Source of the DNA: a virus
Lineage: Duplodnaviria > Caudoviricetes
IMG/VR virus record: IMGVR_UViG_3300035676_000001
Length of the DNA stretch: 64,000 nucleotides
Strand: one strand, 5' to 3'
This document shows positions 1 through 10,756 of the stretch, piece by piece (the stretch's first letter is position 1; every line of letters begins with the position of its first letter). The position numbers and the translations under genes are program-made. The notes beneath the pieces were generated by a model that was given only the letters and a program-made list of their open reading frames with translations, searched no databases and was not told where the DNA came from.

Positions 1-275
1 TTACCATTCTCCAAATTACCAGACTTGATATCATCATAGAGAAGGTTCAGTTGGTCTTTCCAATCTCCATACTCCGTTTCACGATTACGGGCATAGAGGT
101 AGTAATTATAAGTTTCTACATCCTTTTGAATTTGTGCTTCTACTTCTTCCCATTCAGGTGGTTCGGATCCGTTTGGACATTCCCAACGAGTAAAAGTCCT
201 ATTATATAAGTCAAACTTGGCATCAGGACGAAGATATTTAATAGCAGTATCAACACCAGGCAAACGAATATTCAT
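1..275 (-). CDS. Tail fibre assembly chaperone-like protein (3' truncated by window edge)
   Basis: Not in track. Hand translation MNIRLPGVDTAIKYLRPDAKFDLYN...ETEYGDWKDQLNLLYDDIKSG resembles small proteins that follow fibre genes. Confidence 0.6.
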   Translation of the reverse strand, partial: MNIRLPGVDTAIKYLRPDAKFDLYNRTFTRWECPNGSEPPEWEEVEAQIQKDVETYNYYLYARNRETEYGDWKDQLNLLYDDIKSGNLENG

Positions 276-300
276 TTCAGTAGTCTCCTAATATAAGGTA

Positions 301-705
301 TTATTCAGCGGCAGGTTCTGGGGTAATGAGATCCCACTCTCCGTTCTCTTCGTCCCACTGATAACGTGAACCTGCTTCAACTTCTGCTTCGGTCAGTTCA
401 GGTGCGGGACCAACAGGTGATTCCCAGTCAGCAGTTTCGTTATTCAGAACCCAAGACTCAAAAGGCTTTGGTGCAACGAAGGCATCCAGTCCAGCATTGT
501 ATGAGTAACCAATACCAGCATAACGCTTTCTGATGCTGCTGTTATAAGAGGTCTGAACCCACTTACCACCTAAAAGTTTCTTACAGAAAGCAATACCTAG
601 AATCTCATCTTCTTGACCAGTGTGAGGATCGGTAATATCTTTGTTGTCTACTACGATGACTTGTGTGACGACGTTGTTTTCGTCAAGTTGAGCAAAATGT
701 GCCAT
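301..705 (-). CDS. Small partner protein of Gly-rich fibre (MAHFAQLD family)
   Basis: Track ORF, paralogous N-terminus to 13311..13790. Late promoter CATAAATA at 746-753. Confidence 0.75.
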   Translation of the reverse strand: MAHFAQLDENNVVTQVIVVDNKDITDPHTGQEDEILGIAFCKKLLGGKWVQTSYNSSIRKRYAGIGYSYNAGLDAFVAPKPFESWVLNNETADWESPVGPAPELTEAEVEAGSRYQWDEENGEWDLITPEPAAE

Positions 706-756
706 AAGTCTTTATTCGTGAATATAATAAATGAATGGTATGTTTTTATTTATGTA

Positions 757-3198
757 TTATGAAGGATAAGCGATGATGACGATACCGGAACCACCAGCCG
801 TAGCACCGTTACCGTTAGTAGCACCAGCATCTCTACCGCCTCCGCCGCCTCCACCAAGATTTGTAGTTCCTTTTGTTCCTATCTGTATATCATTACCACC
901 ATTTCCACCACCACCAGGACCACCGATACCAATTGATGGAACGGAAGTACCTTCTCCACATCCTCCACCTCCACCAGCATAAGTTACTGATGAACCAGAT
1001 ATTGATGATGCTTGTCCTGCCCCACCATTACCACCCCTGGTGGGTGGCGCTGCTTCACCTGCAGCAGAAGCTCCACCACCTCCCCCACCATAAAATGCAG
1101 GACCTACTTTACCATTTCCTCCATTATTGCCTTGTGGTGGTGATGTTGGTGGAGTGTTTCCAGAACCACCTAAACCAGAACCTGGAGAATTAGCACTACC
1201 TCCGCCGCCAGAACCACCAGATCTTCCATTTGATACTGATGGATTTCCAGCACCTGGTCCGCCATAACCCCCACCTCCGCCGCCGCCAGCAGATGTTATT
1301 GTAGAAAATATGGAATTAGACCCATTGGAACCAAAAGCAGTTGGACTATTTGGTCCACGAGTTCCCTCTACTCCCCCACCACCAACAGTAATTGTATAAG
1401 AACCAGGATTAGCACTTACAGGAAAACCAGAACCAGTTCTAAAACCACCAGCACCTCCTCCACCACCAGTCTGTTGTCCACCTCCACCACCACCAGCAAC
1501 TACAAGGTAATCGACAGAAGTTAAACCAGGATCAAGAACATTAAATGACGCAGATGAAGTAAAAGTATGAATAGTCTTACCACTAGCATAAGAAACTGTT
1601 CCACCAGTGGCTTTAATTGCTTGCTGTCCTATTTGGTAGCGAACGATGACGATACCGGAACCACCGGAACCACCTGTTCCATAATGAGCTCCGCCACCGC
1701 CACCACCTGTGTTTGATGAACCAGCAGATATTCCAGTAGGGAATCCTCCACCATTTCCACCACCGCCTGCTGATGGTGCTGGTCCTGGTGGTATTGGTCC
1801 TCCATTACCTGGTCCACCAATATTACCACCTCCTCCACCACCACCAGCATAAGTTGTAGAAGTTCCACTAATTGAAAATACTGCTCCCGCACCTCCAGAT
1901 CCTCCTCGCCCATTACCAAATCCTATTGGACGCCCATCAATTCCATTCGTTCCACTGCCACCAGCACCACCACCACCGCCGCCAGCTTCCCATTGTCCAG
2001 GAACGTGCTGTCCACTTCCACCATTATTTCCCTCTACAGGAGTATATCCACCACTGTTACCACTACCCCCAGGAAAAATCGCCGCAGGTCCTGGAGGAGC
2101 ACTACCACCTCCACCGCCAGAACCACCCGGAGAACCTGGATCACTATTTGAACCACCTGCTCCACCACCAGATGAAGTTATTGATCCAAATACAGAATTA
2201 CTTCCATTATTTTCTTGCGCTCCACCAGAACCAACAGTGACTGTATAAGAACCAGGAGAAGTGCTTACTGTAAATCCAATACCAGTTCTAAATCCACCAG
2301 CACCTCCACCACCACTTGAATATGCACCAGGACCAGGATTACCATTACCGCCACCGCCACCGCCACCAGCAACTACAAGATACTCAACAGTATTATTTAC
2401 TGAAGTTACGTTTAATACTGTAAAAGTTCCTGATGAAGTAAAGGTGTGTGTCTGATATAATGCTCCGCCACTATAATAATTACTAATTGTACCACCAGAT
2501 GCTTGTATGTATGAAGAAGTATTTGATGCGATCCAAGATGTTCCGTTATAAATTTCTAACTGTTGGGTTGAACTATTGTATATGATAGTTCCAGTAGCAG
2601 TTCCTACGCCAGCATTACGTCCAGTGGTCGTTGTAGCACCTAAACCAATTTGATTATTTCTTATAAAACTATCACCGACAGTGATACTTGTTGTAGCACC
2701 AACTCGAATGCCACCAGAAAACGTAGAGACACCGGAAGATTGAAGTCCTTGTGACTGTAAAACTCCAAAGACCGTTGCACCATATCCAGTGGTTTCAAAT
2801 TTTCTGGAGTTATCAAAATAGAGTTCTACTGCACCATTACCTCTAAAAATAGCACTACTTTCTCCAGAAAGACCTTGGATGTAAACATTATTACCATTAT
2901 CGGTAATGTAGAGACTTCCTGTAGTATTATTAATGTAAGTATTAGATCCATCATGATAAATTCTTAAATCATTGCCATCACCAAAATAAGCAACATCACC
3001 ATCTCCCCAATATGATGATGATCCAAAGGTAGAAACTCCAGTAACATTTAATGTTTGGGCATTTACATTTCCAAAATCACTTAATGTCAGTGAAGAAGCA
3101 TTAATACTTCCAGTGATAGTTCCAGTAGCAGTTAAGTTTTGAATTAAAACTGTTCCTGTACTTCCAATACCAGCGGCAGCAATCTTGGTAAATGCCAT
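757..3198 (-). CDS. Glycine-rich tail fibre/adhesin-like protein with two Gly-rich domains
   Basis: Fibre-type N-terminal modules, then two copies of EYLVVAGGGGGG...GGGGAGGFRTG...GGSGIVI domain, Pro-rich loops. Confidence 0.8.
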   Translation of the reverse strand: MAFTKIAAAGIGSTGTVLIQNLTATGTITGSINASSLTLSDFGNVNAQTLNVTGVSTFGSSSYWGDGDVAYFGDGNDLRIYHDGSNTYINNTTGSLYITDNGNNVYIQGLSGESSAIFRGNGAVELYFDNSRKFETTGYGATVFGVLQSQGLQSSGVSTFSGGIRVGATTSITVGDSFIRNNQIGLGATTTTGRNAGVGTATGTIIYNSSTQQLEIYNGTSWIASNTSSYIQASGGTISNYYSGGALYQTHTFTSSGTFTVLNVTSVNNTVEYLVVAGGGGGGGNGNPGPGAYSSGGGGAGGFRTGIGFTVSTSPGSYTVTVGSGGAQENNGSNSVFGSITSSGGGAGGSNSDPGSPGGSGGGGGSAPPGPAAIFPGGSGNSGGYTPVEGNNGGSGQHVPGQWEAGGGGGGAGGSGTNGIDGRPIGFGNGRGGSGGAGAVFSISGTSTTYAGGGGGGGNIGGPGNGGPIPPGPAPSAGGGGNGGGFPTGISAGSSNTGGGGGGAHYGTGGSGGSGIVIVRYQIGQQAIKATGGTVSYASGKTIHTFTSSASFNVLDPGLTSVDYLVVAGGGGGGQQTGGGGGAGGFRTGSGFPVSANPGSYTITVGGGGVEGTRGPNSPTAFGSNGSNSIFSTITSAGGGGGGGYGGPGAGNPSVSNGRSGGSGGGGSANSPGSGLGGSGNTPPTSPPQGNNGGNGKVGPAFYGGGGGGASAAGEAAPPTRGGNGGAGQASSISGSSVTYAGGGGGCGEGTSVPSIGIGGPGGGGNGGNDIQIGTKGTTNLGGGGGGGRDAGATNGNGATAGGSGIVIIAYPS

Positions 3199-3223
3199 TA
3201 TTAACCGACTACTTTTTGTTTAT

Positions 3224-3754
3224 TTATCTGACTAACATATCCCAAGAAGTTACAACACGCTCTTTGTTACTTGAGTTTGACTGTGCGTAATGTAAAAGCA
3301 CACTTGGAACGATATACATCACTCCTTCTTTCGCATCAGGAGCAAAAGCAAGTTGTGTCGTATCACTTACAGGATCGTTCCAAGGACCAACGAAGACTGT
3401 TGGTTTATGAACTTTCTCATCATACTCAACATATAAGATGCCACTGTAACCGTGACTACGATGATTATGTACAGTCTGATAATCTTCTTTCTTATATTTG
3501 ATGGTCCAGATGTCGGTGATTTGATACTCGGAAACGCCTGCTTCCTCACAGAACTTTTTCAATTCATCATTGAAGAGCATATCAAAATCCAAAGCATAAC
3601 TTTTACCGTCCTTCTGGCGGTCTGTATAAAAGTGTTGAAGACCCTTCTTTTCGAAGTTCTTTCTTTCCATCTTTTTATACAGTGCCGCCTTTTTTCTGGA
3701 CCAGTCTTCTACCTCATAACGGTAGATGGGTACGAAGAATAAAGGGTGTATCAC
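3224..3754 (-). CDS. 2OG-Fe(II) oxygenase-like protein (HxH type)
   Basis: TVHNH...YSGILYV...PSVLLHY...ERVVTSWD motif pattern. Confidence 0.7.
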   Translation of the reverse strand: MIHPLFFVPIYRYEVEDWSRKKAALYKKMERKNFEKKGLQHFYTDRQKDGKSYALDFDMLFNDELKKFCEEAGVSEYQITDIWTIKYKKEDYQTVHNHRSHGYSGILYVEYDEKVHKPTVFVGPWNDPVSDTTQLAFAPDAKEGVMYIVPSVLLHYAQSNSSNKERVVTSWDMLVR

Positions 3755-4455
3755 GGACGAACTGCGTCAAAACTACAATGTACGAATGGACCATTGGCAT
3801 CAACATAATGAAGGAACACTTGATGGTGTGTTTGTACTATTTCTTTACCTCTTATTTTTGCGACTTTCTTTTTCCACCAGGGCACTTCATCAGGCATTGC
3901 GTCTCTCCAATGTTCTCGTTCGCATCCCTTATAAACCGCAGCATCACCATTATTCATTAATACATAAGACTCGCTACCATCAGGACGCTCAAACCAAATG
4001 GGCCAAGGATTTTTAAGTGTAGTGCTAATTTGTAATGTTACACTCACTTCACACGCAGGACGATCGCTATGCCTTTTTAATACTTGTCCTGGACTATAAA
4101 ATCTGTCGTAGAAATAAGTTGGATGTAAATCCATACCAAGACGCTTTTCAATTTCCTTCTTTACAAGAAAATGAAGTTCCCGATAGATAGGAATATTATA
4201 TCTTGCCAACGAACCTGGAACTTGTTTTTCATCGGGACAGTAATCATACTTATCCATTCTATTGTTGTAGTATGTGTATTGTCCAGACTCATTTGGTCTT
4301 GGAACATACAGATTTTCAGGGTCGGCAATGAGACCTGGAATGAATAAGTATCCATTTTTCTCAAAGGACTCATTCTTTGACATCTTACGGGTCGGCATCG
4401 CACAACGCTGATACCCTTCCTCATAAACTCCGCCTGTAGACTTATATTCTTTCAT
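3751..4455 (-). CDS. 2OG-Fe(II) oxygenase
   Basis: LKRHSDRPACEVSVTL...EHWR...QVFLHY (HxD...H). Start uncertain. Confidence 0.75.
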   Translation of the reverse strand: MKEYKSTGGVYEEGYQRCAMPTRKMSKNESFEKNGYLFIPGLIADPENLYVPRPNESGQYTYYNNRMDKYDYCPDEKQVPGSLARYNIPIYRELHFLVKKEIEKRLGMDLHPTYFYDRFYSPGQVLKRHSDRPACEVSVTLQISTTLKNPWPIWFERPDGSESYVLMNNGDAAVYKGCEREHWRDAMPDEVPWWKKKVAKIRGKEIVQTHHQVFLHYVDANGPFVHCSFDAVRP

Positions 4456-4470
4456 TTCTCATACCTCCAA

Positions 4471-5088
4471 TCAGCGCCAACGTTTTCCGACTACCCAACC
4501 TACAAGGCTCTTACGCATACCAGATTTAACCTTACGAACTCGGTGAGGAGTGCGTGAGTCAAACATAATCAAAGTGCCTCTCTGTTTGGGGGCAAAGTAA
4601 GTCTTGCGACTATTGTCCATAAACTGAACTTCGCCACCAGTATAGTCTTCTGGGTCTGAGAGTTGAAGTGAGAAGGAAAGTTTTCTTACATACTCACCCT
4701 GAACCGTCATCAGGTCCTGGGCAATGTTGGTGCCTGAACTGACGATTTGTTGAGGTTTATATGAAGTGTCAATACCAGCATCAATATGCCAGTCATAAAA
4801 CTGTCCAGCACCATATTGAGTATATTGAATGCTTTCACCATCAATCGCAGTCAGGTCATACAAAAAGTTTTCTCTGTTGGTTCTCTGAATATAATGCCAG
4901 ATGAAACCACCAATCCAATGAGAAGTCGGAATCCAGGCATTCTTGCTATCACGGATGACTTTATCTACTGCGTCTCCGTGAAGTCTGGACTCTTCTGCGA
5001 TTGAGTCAAACTTCTTGATATCCTCTTCAAGAATTTCTACAATATCTTTGGGTAAATCAGTCGTGTACCACGTCGTAAGAAATGACAT
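4471..5088 (-). CDS. 2OG-Fe(II) oxygenase, prolyl-4-hydroxylase-like
   Basis: YDWHID...RKLSFSLQLSDPEDYTGGE...PHRVRKVKSGMRKSLVGW (HxD...H...R). Confidence 0.85.
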   Translation of the reverse strand: MSFLTTWYTTDLPKDIVEILEEDIKKFDSIAEESRLHGDAVDKVIRDSKNAWIPTSHWIGGFIWHYIQRTNRENFLYDLTAIDGESIQYTQYGAGQFYDWHIDAGIDTSYKPQQIVSSGTNIAQDLMTVQGEYVRKLSFSLQLSDPEDYTGGEVQFMDNSRKTYFAPKQRGTLIMFDSRTPHRVRKVKSGMRKSLVGWVVGKRWR

Positions 5089-5140
5089 ATTTTAATAATG
5101 TTTTTCATCTCATTATATATCAGGATTAAAAGGAAGTCAA

Positions 5141-6295
5141 TTATGAAGGATAAGAGATGATGACGATACCGGAACCACCGGCACCTCCGTTTCCACCACC
5201 ACCAGATCCAGCGCCGCCACCACCTCCTCTGTTTGTTGTTCCAGCAGTTCCTGGGCTAGGAGATGGCCAAGTTCCTGCACCGCCAGCACCACCACCCCCA
5301 GGTCCACCAGGAGCTATAGCTGTTGGACCTCCAGTGTGACTGGATCCACCTCCACCACCAGCATAAGTTACTGATGATCCAGAAATTGAAGAAGATTGTC
5401 CAGATCCACCAGTGCCACCCAAACTTGCATTTGTAGTTCCTCCACCAGCACCACCAGCGCCGCCGCCGCCGCCACCAGCTCTAGAAGATCCATCGCCACT
5501 ATTTCCAACTCCGCCAGGATTTCCTTGTGGTGGTGATACTGGTGGAGTGTTTCCAGTTCCAGCAGGATTATTTACACTAGATCCTCCTCCAGATCCGCCA
5601 GGATTTCCAGATCCATTACTACTACATCCATATCCACCACCCGCAGAAGTTATAGATGAAAATATAGAAGAATTCCCATTCGTAGCATTTTGTGGTGTGT
5701 CACTTGTGCTACCATTCCCACCAGCACCTACAGTGACTGAATAAGGTCCGGGAACTACAGGTAATCCAGTTCCAGTTCTAAATCCTCCAGCACCTCCACC
5801 AGCGCCAGCATTATGACCCCCACCTCCTCCACCGGCAACTACAAGATATTCAACGTCACCAGCTCCAAAATTAACAGTAAATGTACCAGAACTTGTAAAG
5901 GTGTGAATAGTTTTACCACCAGAAAAAGTAATTGTTCCGCCAGTAGCATCAAAATTACTTTTTAATGGAATCCAAGTTGAACCATTGTAAAATTCTATTT
6001 TTAAATTTGTGATATTATAAATTAAAGCTCCGATAGCAGTGCCTACACCAGCATTGCGTCCTGTGGTTGTTGTAGCACCTAAACCAATTTGATTATTTCT
6101 TATAAAACTATTGCCTACTTGAATACCACCAGAAAACGTAGAGACACCAGAAGTACTTCCAGTAATGGTTCCACTTACATTTAAAGTTCCACTTACAGTC
6201 GTGACACCTGAAAGAATGACACCAGTATCGCTGAATGTTACGGTGCTTAATCCACTTCGGTTTTGTATTTGGTTGACACGAATCTCTGATGCCAT
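5141..6295 (-). CDS. Glycine-rich tail fibre/adhesin-like protein
   Basis: Single Gly-rich domain, shares >=40 identical nt with 757..3198. TATAAATA at 6315-6322. Confidence 0.8.
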   Translation of the reverse strand: MASEIRVNQIQNRSGLSTVTFSDTGVILSGVTTVSGTLNVSGTITGSTSGVSTFSGGIQVGNSFIRNNQIGLGATTTTGRNAGVGTAIGALIYNITNLKIEFYNGSTWIPLKSNFDATGGTITFSGGKTIHTFTSSGTFTVNFGAGDVEYLVVAGGGGGGHNAGAGGGAGGFRTGTGLPVVPGPYSVTVGAGGNGSTSDTPQNATNGNSSIFSSITSAGGGYGCSSNGSGNPGGSGGGSSVNNPAGTGNTPPVSPPQGNPGGVGNSGDGSSRAGGGGGGAGGAGGGTTNASLGGTGGSGQSSSISGSSVTYAGGGGGSSHTGGPTAIAPGGPGGGGAGGAGTWPSPSPGTAGTTNRGGGGGAGSGGGGNGGAGGSGIVIISYPS

Positions 6296-6317
6296 AGTTT
6301 AGGATACTTTTGAATAT

Positions 6318-6560
6318 TTATAGACCCAGAAGTTCTTTGAGTTCTTCTATTGAGAGTCCTGCTGCCTCTAACTTTTGTTGAGGTGTTAAAGGTTCTGGTT
6401 CGGGTTCTGGGTCTGGTGGAAGAGGTTCATTACCTTCTTCTAACCAGGCAGCATACTGACGCCATTCTGGTGTACCATTATCTTCTGGAGGGAAAAGCAT
6501 AATTACTCCATCCTCCAATTCAAGTTTAATATTTCCATTATTTGTAATTTGATAAGACAT
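6318..6560 (-). CDS. Tail fibre assembly-like small protein
   Basis: WRQYAAWLEEGNEPLPPD motif. Start moved to MSYQIT just after upstream stop. Confidence 0.65.
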   Translation of the reverse strand: MSYQITNNGNIKLELEDGVIMLFPPEDNGTPEWRQYAAWLEEGNEPLPPDPEPEPEPLTPQQKLEAAGLSIEELKELLGL

Positions 6561-6564
6561 AGTT

Positions 6565-7788
6565 TTATAATTCGGCAGAACCAACAATTGATAATGATGC
6601 TAAATCAATAACTCCACTACCCCCACCAGTATATTGCAAATCTATTATAAAATGTGTTGAAGTTGCACTAGTACCATTCGCATTTAAATTAACGCCACTT
6701 GCAGACATTGTTAATATTGGAATCCTTCTCATTGGCACTGCCATTTGTCTTTGATCTCGGTCTACGTTTGCAACATACCTACGCCATGGACCATTATACA
6801 AAACTTGATAATATCTTTGACATAATGCTAATTCTTGTCCGTACAATCTTCTTTCGAAAGGTGTTGCAACAGTTCCTGGTTCTAATTGAACTCCGGTGAT
6901 ATACCAAGTAGCACCGTTAGTAGCACATAAATTTACTGATCCAGTTGATGATGTTGTATTTGTAGTGACCCAAGATCCAGCAGTTGCATTTTGATATCCT
7001 GGACCATGTTCAAATAATAATCTAAGTCCAATTCCATTATCAGTCACCCAGGTGCCAGTTGTTTCTCCCCCAATATTAATTGTCTTATATTCCCAAGTAT
7101 TTTGGGAATTAATTGTATAAGCAAATGGGAAAGAACGTGTCGTACCATTATTTTGTATACTTCCACCATGCTGCCCAATTACACTCGAACGAACCCAGAA
7201 AGATAAAGTTGCTGGTTTAGCACTAGAAGTTCCCCACGCAAAATCGGATATATTATATCCTTCAATCGGTTGCTGTAAAAATTGTTGTGGACCAGATGTG
7301 TCAGTTGCAATTACAGTAACTGCCAGAGAACTTGTAAATCCAACGGGAGCAATTCCAGACCTTTGAATAGTTCTTTTTGAAACTACATCACTATAATAAA
7401 ACCACCTATCAAGGGTATAAGTGCCTGTCTGTAAAGCGGATGTTGTTACACTTGCCCCAGAATTTCTAACATCAATCTGCATATCCCCGTTGATTATTCT
7501 ATTCCGGGCACCAGAGATGGGACCGTCATTAACAGAACCAATATAAGCAGTCGTAATACCAGCAGTCGTTACTCCTACGATACTTGTTGCTCTTAATGTA
7601 GTAACTGTAGAAACTCCACTGGAATTTACATTACCAGTTAAATTACCTGTTACATTCCCAGTGATATTTCCACTTACACTTGCACCAATAGACAGAGTAC
7701 TTCCAGCAGTAGTATAAAAGTTCAGAGAGTTACTCTGAGCCGTAATACTATTAATACCACTAATACTATTAGGTGTAATAATCGTCAT
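6565..7788 (-). CDS. Tail fibre protein with putative carbohydrate-binding domain
   Basis: ARNRIINGDMQIDVRN...LDRW...TGVQLEPGTVATPFERR...ELALCQRYY fibre-tip signature. Confidence 0.75.
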   Translation of the reverse strand: MTIITPNSISGINSITAQSNSLNFYTTAGSTLSIGASVSGNITGNVTGNLTGNVNSSGVSTVTTLRATSIVGVTTAGITTAYIGSVNDGPISGARNRIINGDMQIDVRNSGASVTTSALQTGTYTLDRWFYYSDVVSKRTIQRSGIAPVGFTSSLAVTVIATDTSGPQQFLQQPIEGYNISDFAWGTSSAKPATLSFWVRSSVIGQHGGSIQNNGTTRSFPFAYTINSQNTWEYKTINIGGETTGTWVTDNGIGLRLLFEHGPGYQNATAGSWVTTNTTSSTGSVNLCATNGATWYITGVQLEPGTVATPFERRLYGQELALCQRYYQVLYNGPWRRYVANVDRDQRQMAVPMRRIPILTMSASGVNLNANGTSATSTHFIIDLQYTGGGSGVIDLASLSIVGSAEL

Positions 7789-7815
7789 TTTATCTTTCTC
7801 CCATTCTCATATTTA

Positions 7816-9081
7816 TCAGACCACAACATAATTACCATCAATCGTCAAAACTCCAGCAATATTTACAGGTCCTGCCATCAGACCATTAAAGTTTGTTCCG
7901 ATGTAATGATTGCCGTTTAGAGTATTATCCATTATCACCATACCATTTGAAACATATAGTCCATTAAACGAGTTACCAACACCAGTAAGTCCTGATACAT
8001 CAACACTTGTAGTATTAACTCCAACAGAACTTTGAGTTGTGATACCTGCAGTATTATTTCTCCACTTAGAAGAAACAACACCAGTCAGAAGTGAACCATC
8101 GCCAACAAACTTTGATGCCGTAACAATTCCTGCTCCAACATTACCCATTGAAACAGCAGCACCAGTTAGATTGATGCTAGCAACATTAATATTATCAGCA
8201 CTATTTAAACTAACGTTACCGACACGCCCATAAAAACCAGTTACATTACTGCTTGTTGCACCAGCAAATCCAATATGGCGAACTTGAATTGCAGTTCCAT
8301 TTCCAGGAGCACTTACAAAACTTAAGACATTCTCATAAAGTGTATATGCTCTTACAGTTGTAGCATCTGAAGGATACTGAACAACACCATCAATGGTTAC
8401 AAGAATATTTTGGTTGTTTGCAGGTGTCTTGGAAAGTGTAAAGTCAGTTGTTACATTATCACCAGTGAAACTATCAACAGTGTTATCTGCAATATCAAAG
8501 GTTGGGAAATTATTTGCAACCAGATTTCCCCAGAAAACATCAGTGACTAATGGTGCTGTTGAAAATATAATGACAGAATCTACATCAATACCAAATCCAT
8601 TTGCTGGTGTCGATGTATCATTTGGTTGCTGAATAACACCATTAATTGAGATTTGAAGTTGGGCAGCACGAGTCATCTGTGCTTTGGTGCCGTTATCATA
8701 AGTTGCTTTGAATCTTGTATTAATTCCATCAAAAGCAACGTTAAATGTATGATTTGTTCCTACTCCAGGTCCAGTGATTTGTATATAAGTTCCAGACAAT
8801 GCATTGACATAACTTAATGCAAGTTGAATGCTATTCTGGTCATATTTGATAATATAATAAACACTACCTGAAATTAAGTTACCAATTGCAGTTCCAGTAG
8901 TACTATAGGTAACTCTTTGTCCAGTAACAAATCGGTGATTGTTTAATGTAATTGTATCATTAGCAAGCGAAATGATACTCGAATCACTACCATCAAACGT
9001 CAGTGTGTATGATGTGATATCGTCAAGAATCTTGAACGAATTATTTTCTCCAGTTGCGGGTTGGTTGCCAAGATAACTCAT
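7816..9081 (-). CDS. Virion structural protein (baseplate/fibre-associated)
   Basis: MSYLGNQP start, repeated VTIDGVVQYP/ISINGVIQQP beta modules. Confidence 0.7.
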   Translation of the reverse strand: MSYLGNQPATGENNSFKILDDITSYTLTFDGSDSSIISLANDTITLNNHRFVTGQRVTYSTTGTAIGNLISGSVYYIIKYDQNSIQLALSYVNALSGTYIQITGPGVGTNHTFNVAFDGINTRFKATYDNGTKAQMTRAAQLQISINGVIQQPNDTSTPANGFGIDVDSVIIFSTAPLVTDVFWGNLVANNFPTFDIADNTVDSFTGDNVTTDFTLSKTPANNQNILVTIDGVVQYPSDATTVRAYTLYENVLSFVSAPGNGTAIQVRHIGFAGATSSNVTGFYGRVGNVSLNSADNINVASINLTGAAVSMGNVGAGIVTASKFVGDGSLLTGVVSSKWRNNTAGITTQSSVGVNTTSVDVSGLTGVGNSFNGLYVSNGMVIMDNTLNGNHYIGTNFNGLMAGPVNIAGVLTIDGNYVVV

Positions 9082-9098
9082 AGGAGCTTTTTAGGTAT

Positions 9099-9500
9099 TT
9101 AGTTTGGTTTTTCTGGCCAATCAACACCAGAGATACCTAAACGACTTGTATGGTCTAGAATTGGAGTCGCAGTGTCTGGAAGGTCTCTCAATTCTTGACG
9201 ATAACTTAACTGTTCTGGTGTTGGAGTTCTATCAGGAAGAACCCACCAATCAGTTTCCGAAATGAGACGGTCTCTTTCTATACGAAGAAGTCTCATTGGT
9301 TCTGCTGATTTCAGTTCTTCTATCTTTGATTCTACTTCTTCCTTTGTGGGTTTTGGAAATTCATTATCATTATGCCAGATTAGACCTTCGTAAGTTTCTC
9401 CATTACAAGCCCAACTTGCTCCTGGTCTTAATGATAGTAAAGCTCTTTGTATATCCATTATCCTGATACCTCCATTAATGTAATAGACGATGGTGGACAT
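9099..9500 (-). CDS. Phage tail assembly chaperone-like protein
   Basis: LRIERDRLISETDWWVLPD...YRQELRDLP motif. True start probably the internal MDIQRA. Confidence 0.75.
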   Translation of the reverse strand: MSTIVYYINGGIRIMDIQRALLSLRPGASWACNGETYEGLIWHNDNEFPKPTKEEVESKIEELKSAEPMRLLRIERDRLISETDWWVLPDRTPTPEQLSYRQELRDLPDTATPILDHTSRLGISGVDWPEKPN

Positions 9501-10423
9501 CCATCATAACCAGATGCGCCACCTTGCTGCCATTGATGAGTCCTATTAATATATGCTGGACCACTACCAGTATAAGAAGATAACTGAATTTTATAAGTTG
9601 TTGCTGCTGTCGTTGATGGAGAATCCAAGTAGTTTAATGCAACTGAAGTCATATTATATCCGCGAGTTGTTGATGCATTAGAATATGTGCTTACCCAACT
9701 ACTAACTCGAAGTCTATTTCCATTTAAATCTCCAAGATATATTGCAGTAGAATCTCTAACAAGTCTAAGATTTACGCCATAATCATTATCACTACCAACC
9801 TTAGTATCAACCATTATCATAATTTTACTACTAGTGCTTCTGGGAGTAATTGTAGCACTTAAACCAGTAACGTCCGCCCATAAAAAACCTGAGGTACTAA
9901 AAGTATCAGTCTTTACTGTTTGAACGCACTGTATAATACCCCCACCACTCGCACCTGCTGGAATGCCCCCTACTGGAACTATACTGTTGGTTTGCAATGA
10001 ACCAGAGGCATAAACTGTAACAACACCGACAGTGTTTACACCTACAATACTTGTTGCTCTTAAAGTTGCAGTAGTCGTAACACCAGTAGAGTTTACATTT
10101 CCATTAAAGGTTGTAGCAGTTACAATACCGCTGATACTTGCATTTCCAGTAATTACTGCGCTCGCAGCGGTAATGGCACCAACAGTAATATTTGGAGTTC
10201 CTGAAAGACCAGTTGCGTTTCCTGTTAAGTTTCCACTGAAAGTTGTGGCAGTTACAATACCACTATTAATATTAACAGATGCTCCTACTTTAAGTGTAGA
10301 GAAAGTAGAAACTCCCGTTGAATTTACATTACCGTTTATATCGCCATCAATTCTTGTCGCAGTAACAACACCAACATTAATAGTTCCCTGAATTACATCA
10401 CCACTAACTTTGGTAAGTCCCAT
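9458..10423 (-). CDS. Tail fibre protein
   Basis: GGIIQCVQTVKTDTFS...SSITLMEVSG C-terminal fibre domain followed by chaperone. Confidence 0.75.
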   Translation of the reverse strand: MGLTKVSGDVIQGTINVGVVTATRIDGDINGNVNSTGVSTFSTLKVGASVNINSGIVTATTFSGNLTGNATGLSGTPNITVGAITAASAVITGNASISGIVTATTFNGNVNSTGVTTTATLRATSIVGVNTVGVVTVYASGSLQTNSIVPVGGIPAGASGGGIIQCVQTVKTDTFSTSGFLWADVTGLSATITPRSTSSKIMIMVDTKVGSDNDYGVNLRLVRDSTAIYLGDLNGNRLRVSSWVSTYSNASTTRGYNMTSVALNYLDSPSTTAATTYKIQLSSYTGSGPAYINRTHQWQQGGASGYDGCPPSSITLMEVSG

Positions 10424-10424
10424 A

Positions 10425-10751
10425 TCAGGTCATCTCCAACAGAGTGACTGCTACATCAAGACTTGCAGTTACATCACTTTTTGCAGTGATGCTATCGCTT
10501 GGCTCTAGCACAATTTTATTACCTTGCATAACCTCAAGAGATGATCCTTGAGGAATTGGCACGTTTCTCAATATACTTACATCATCTGCAAGAGTTCTGG
10601 CAATTCCTACAGTTACATTAATTCCAGACCCACTAATGTTTGCTAGTGTAATCCCAATAATTGTCGAAGTTGCATTTAAGGGCGCAGTATAAATGCCAAC
10701 ACTTGTAACTCCAACGTTTGCTTTAGTTGCTAGTTTAAACGTATTTGCCAT
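10425..10751 (-). CDS. Small virion structural protein
   Basis: MANTFKL...GNKIVLEPSD...LLEMT, paralog of 21381..21719. Confidence 0.7.
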   Translation of the reverse strand: MANTFKLATKANVGVTSVGIYTAPLNATSTIIGITLANISGSGINVTVGIARTLADDVSILRNVPIPQGSSLEVMQGNKIVLEPSDSITAKSDVTASLDVAVTLLEMT

Positions 10752-10756
10752 TTATA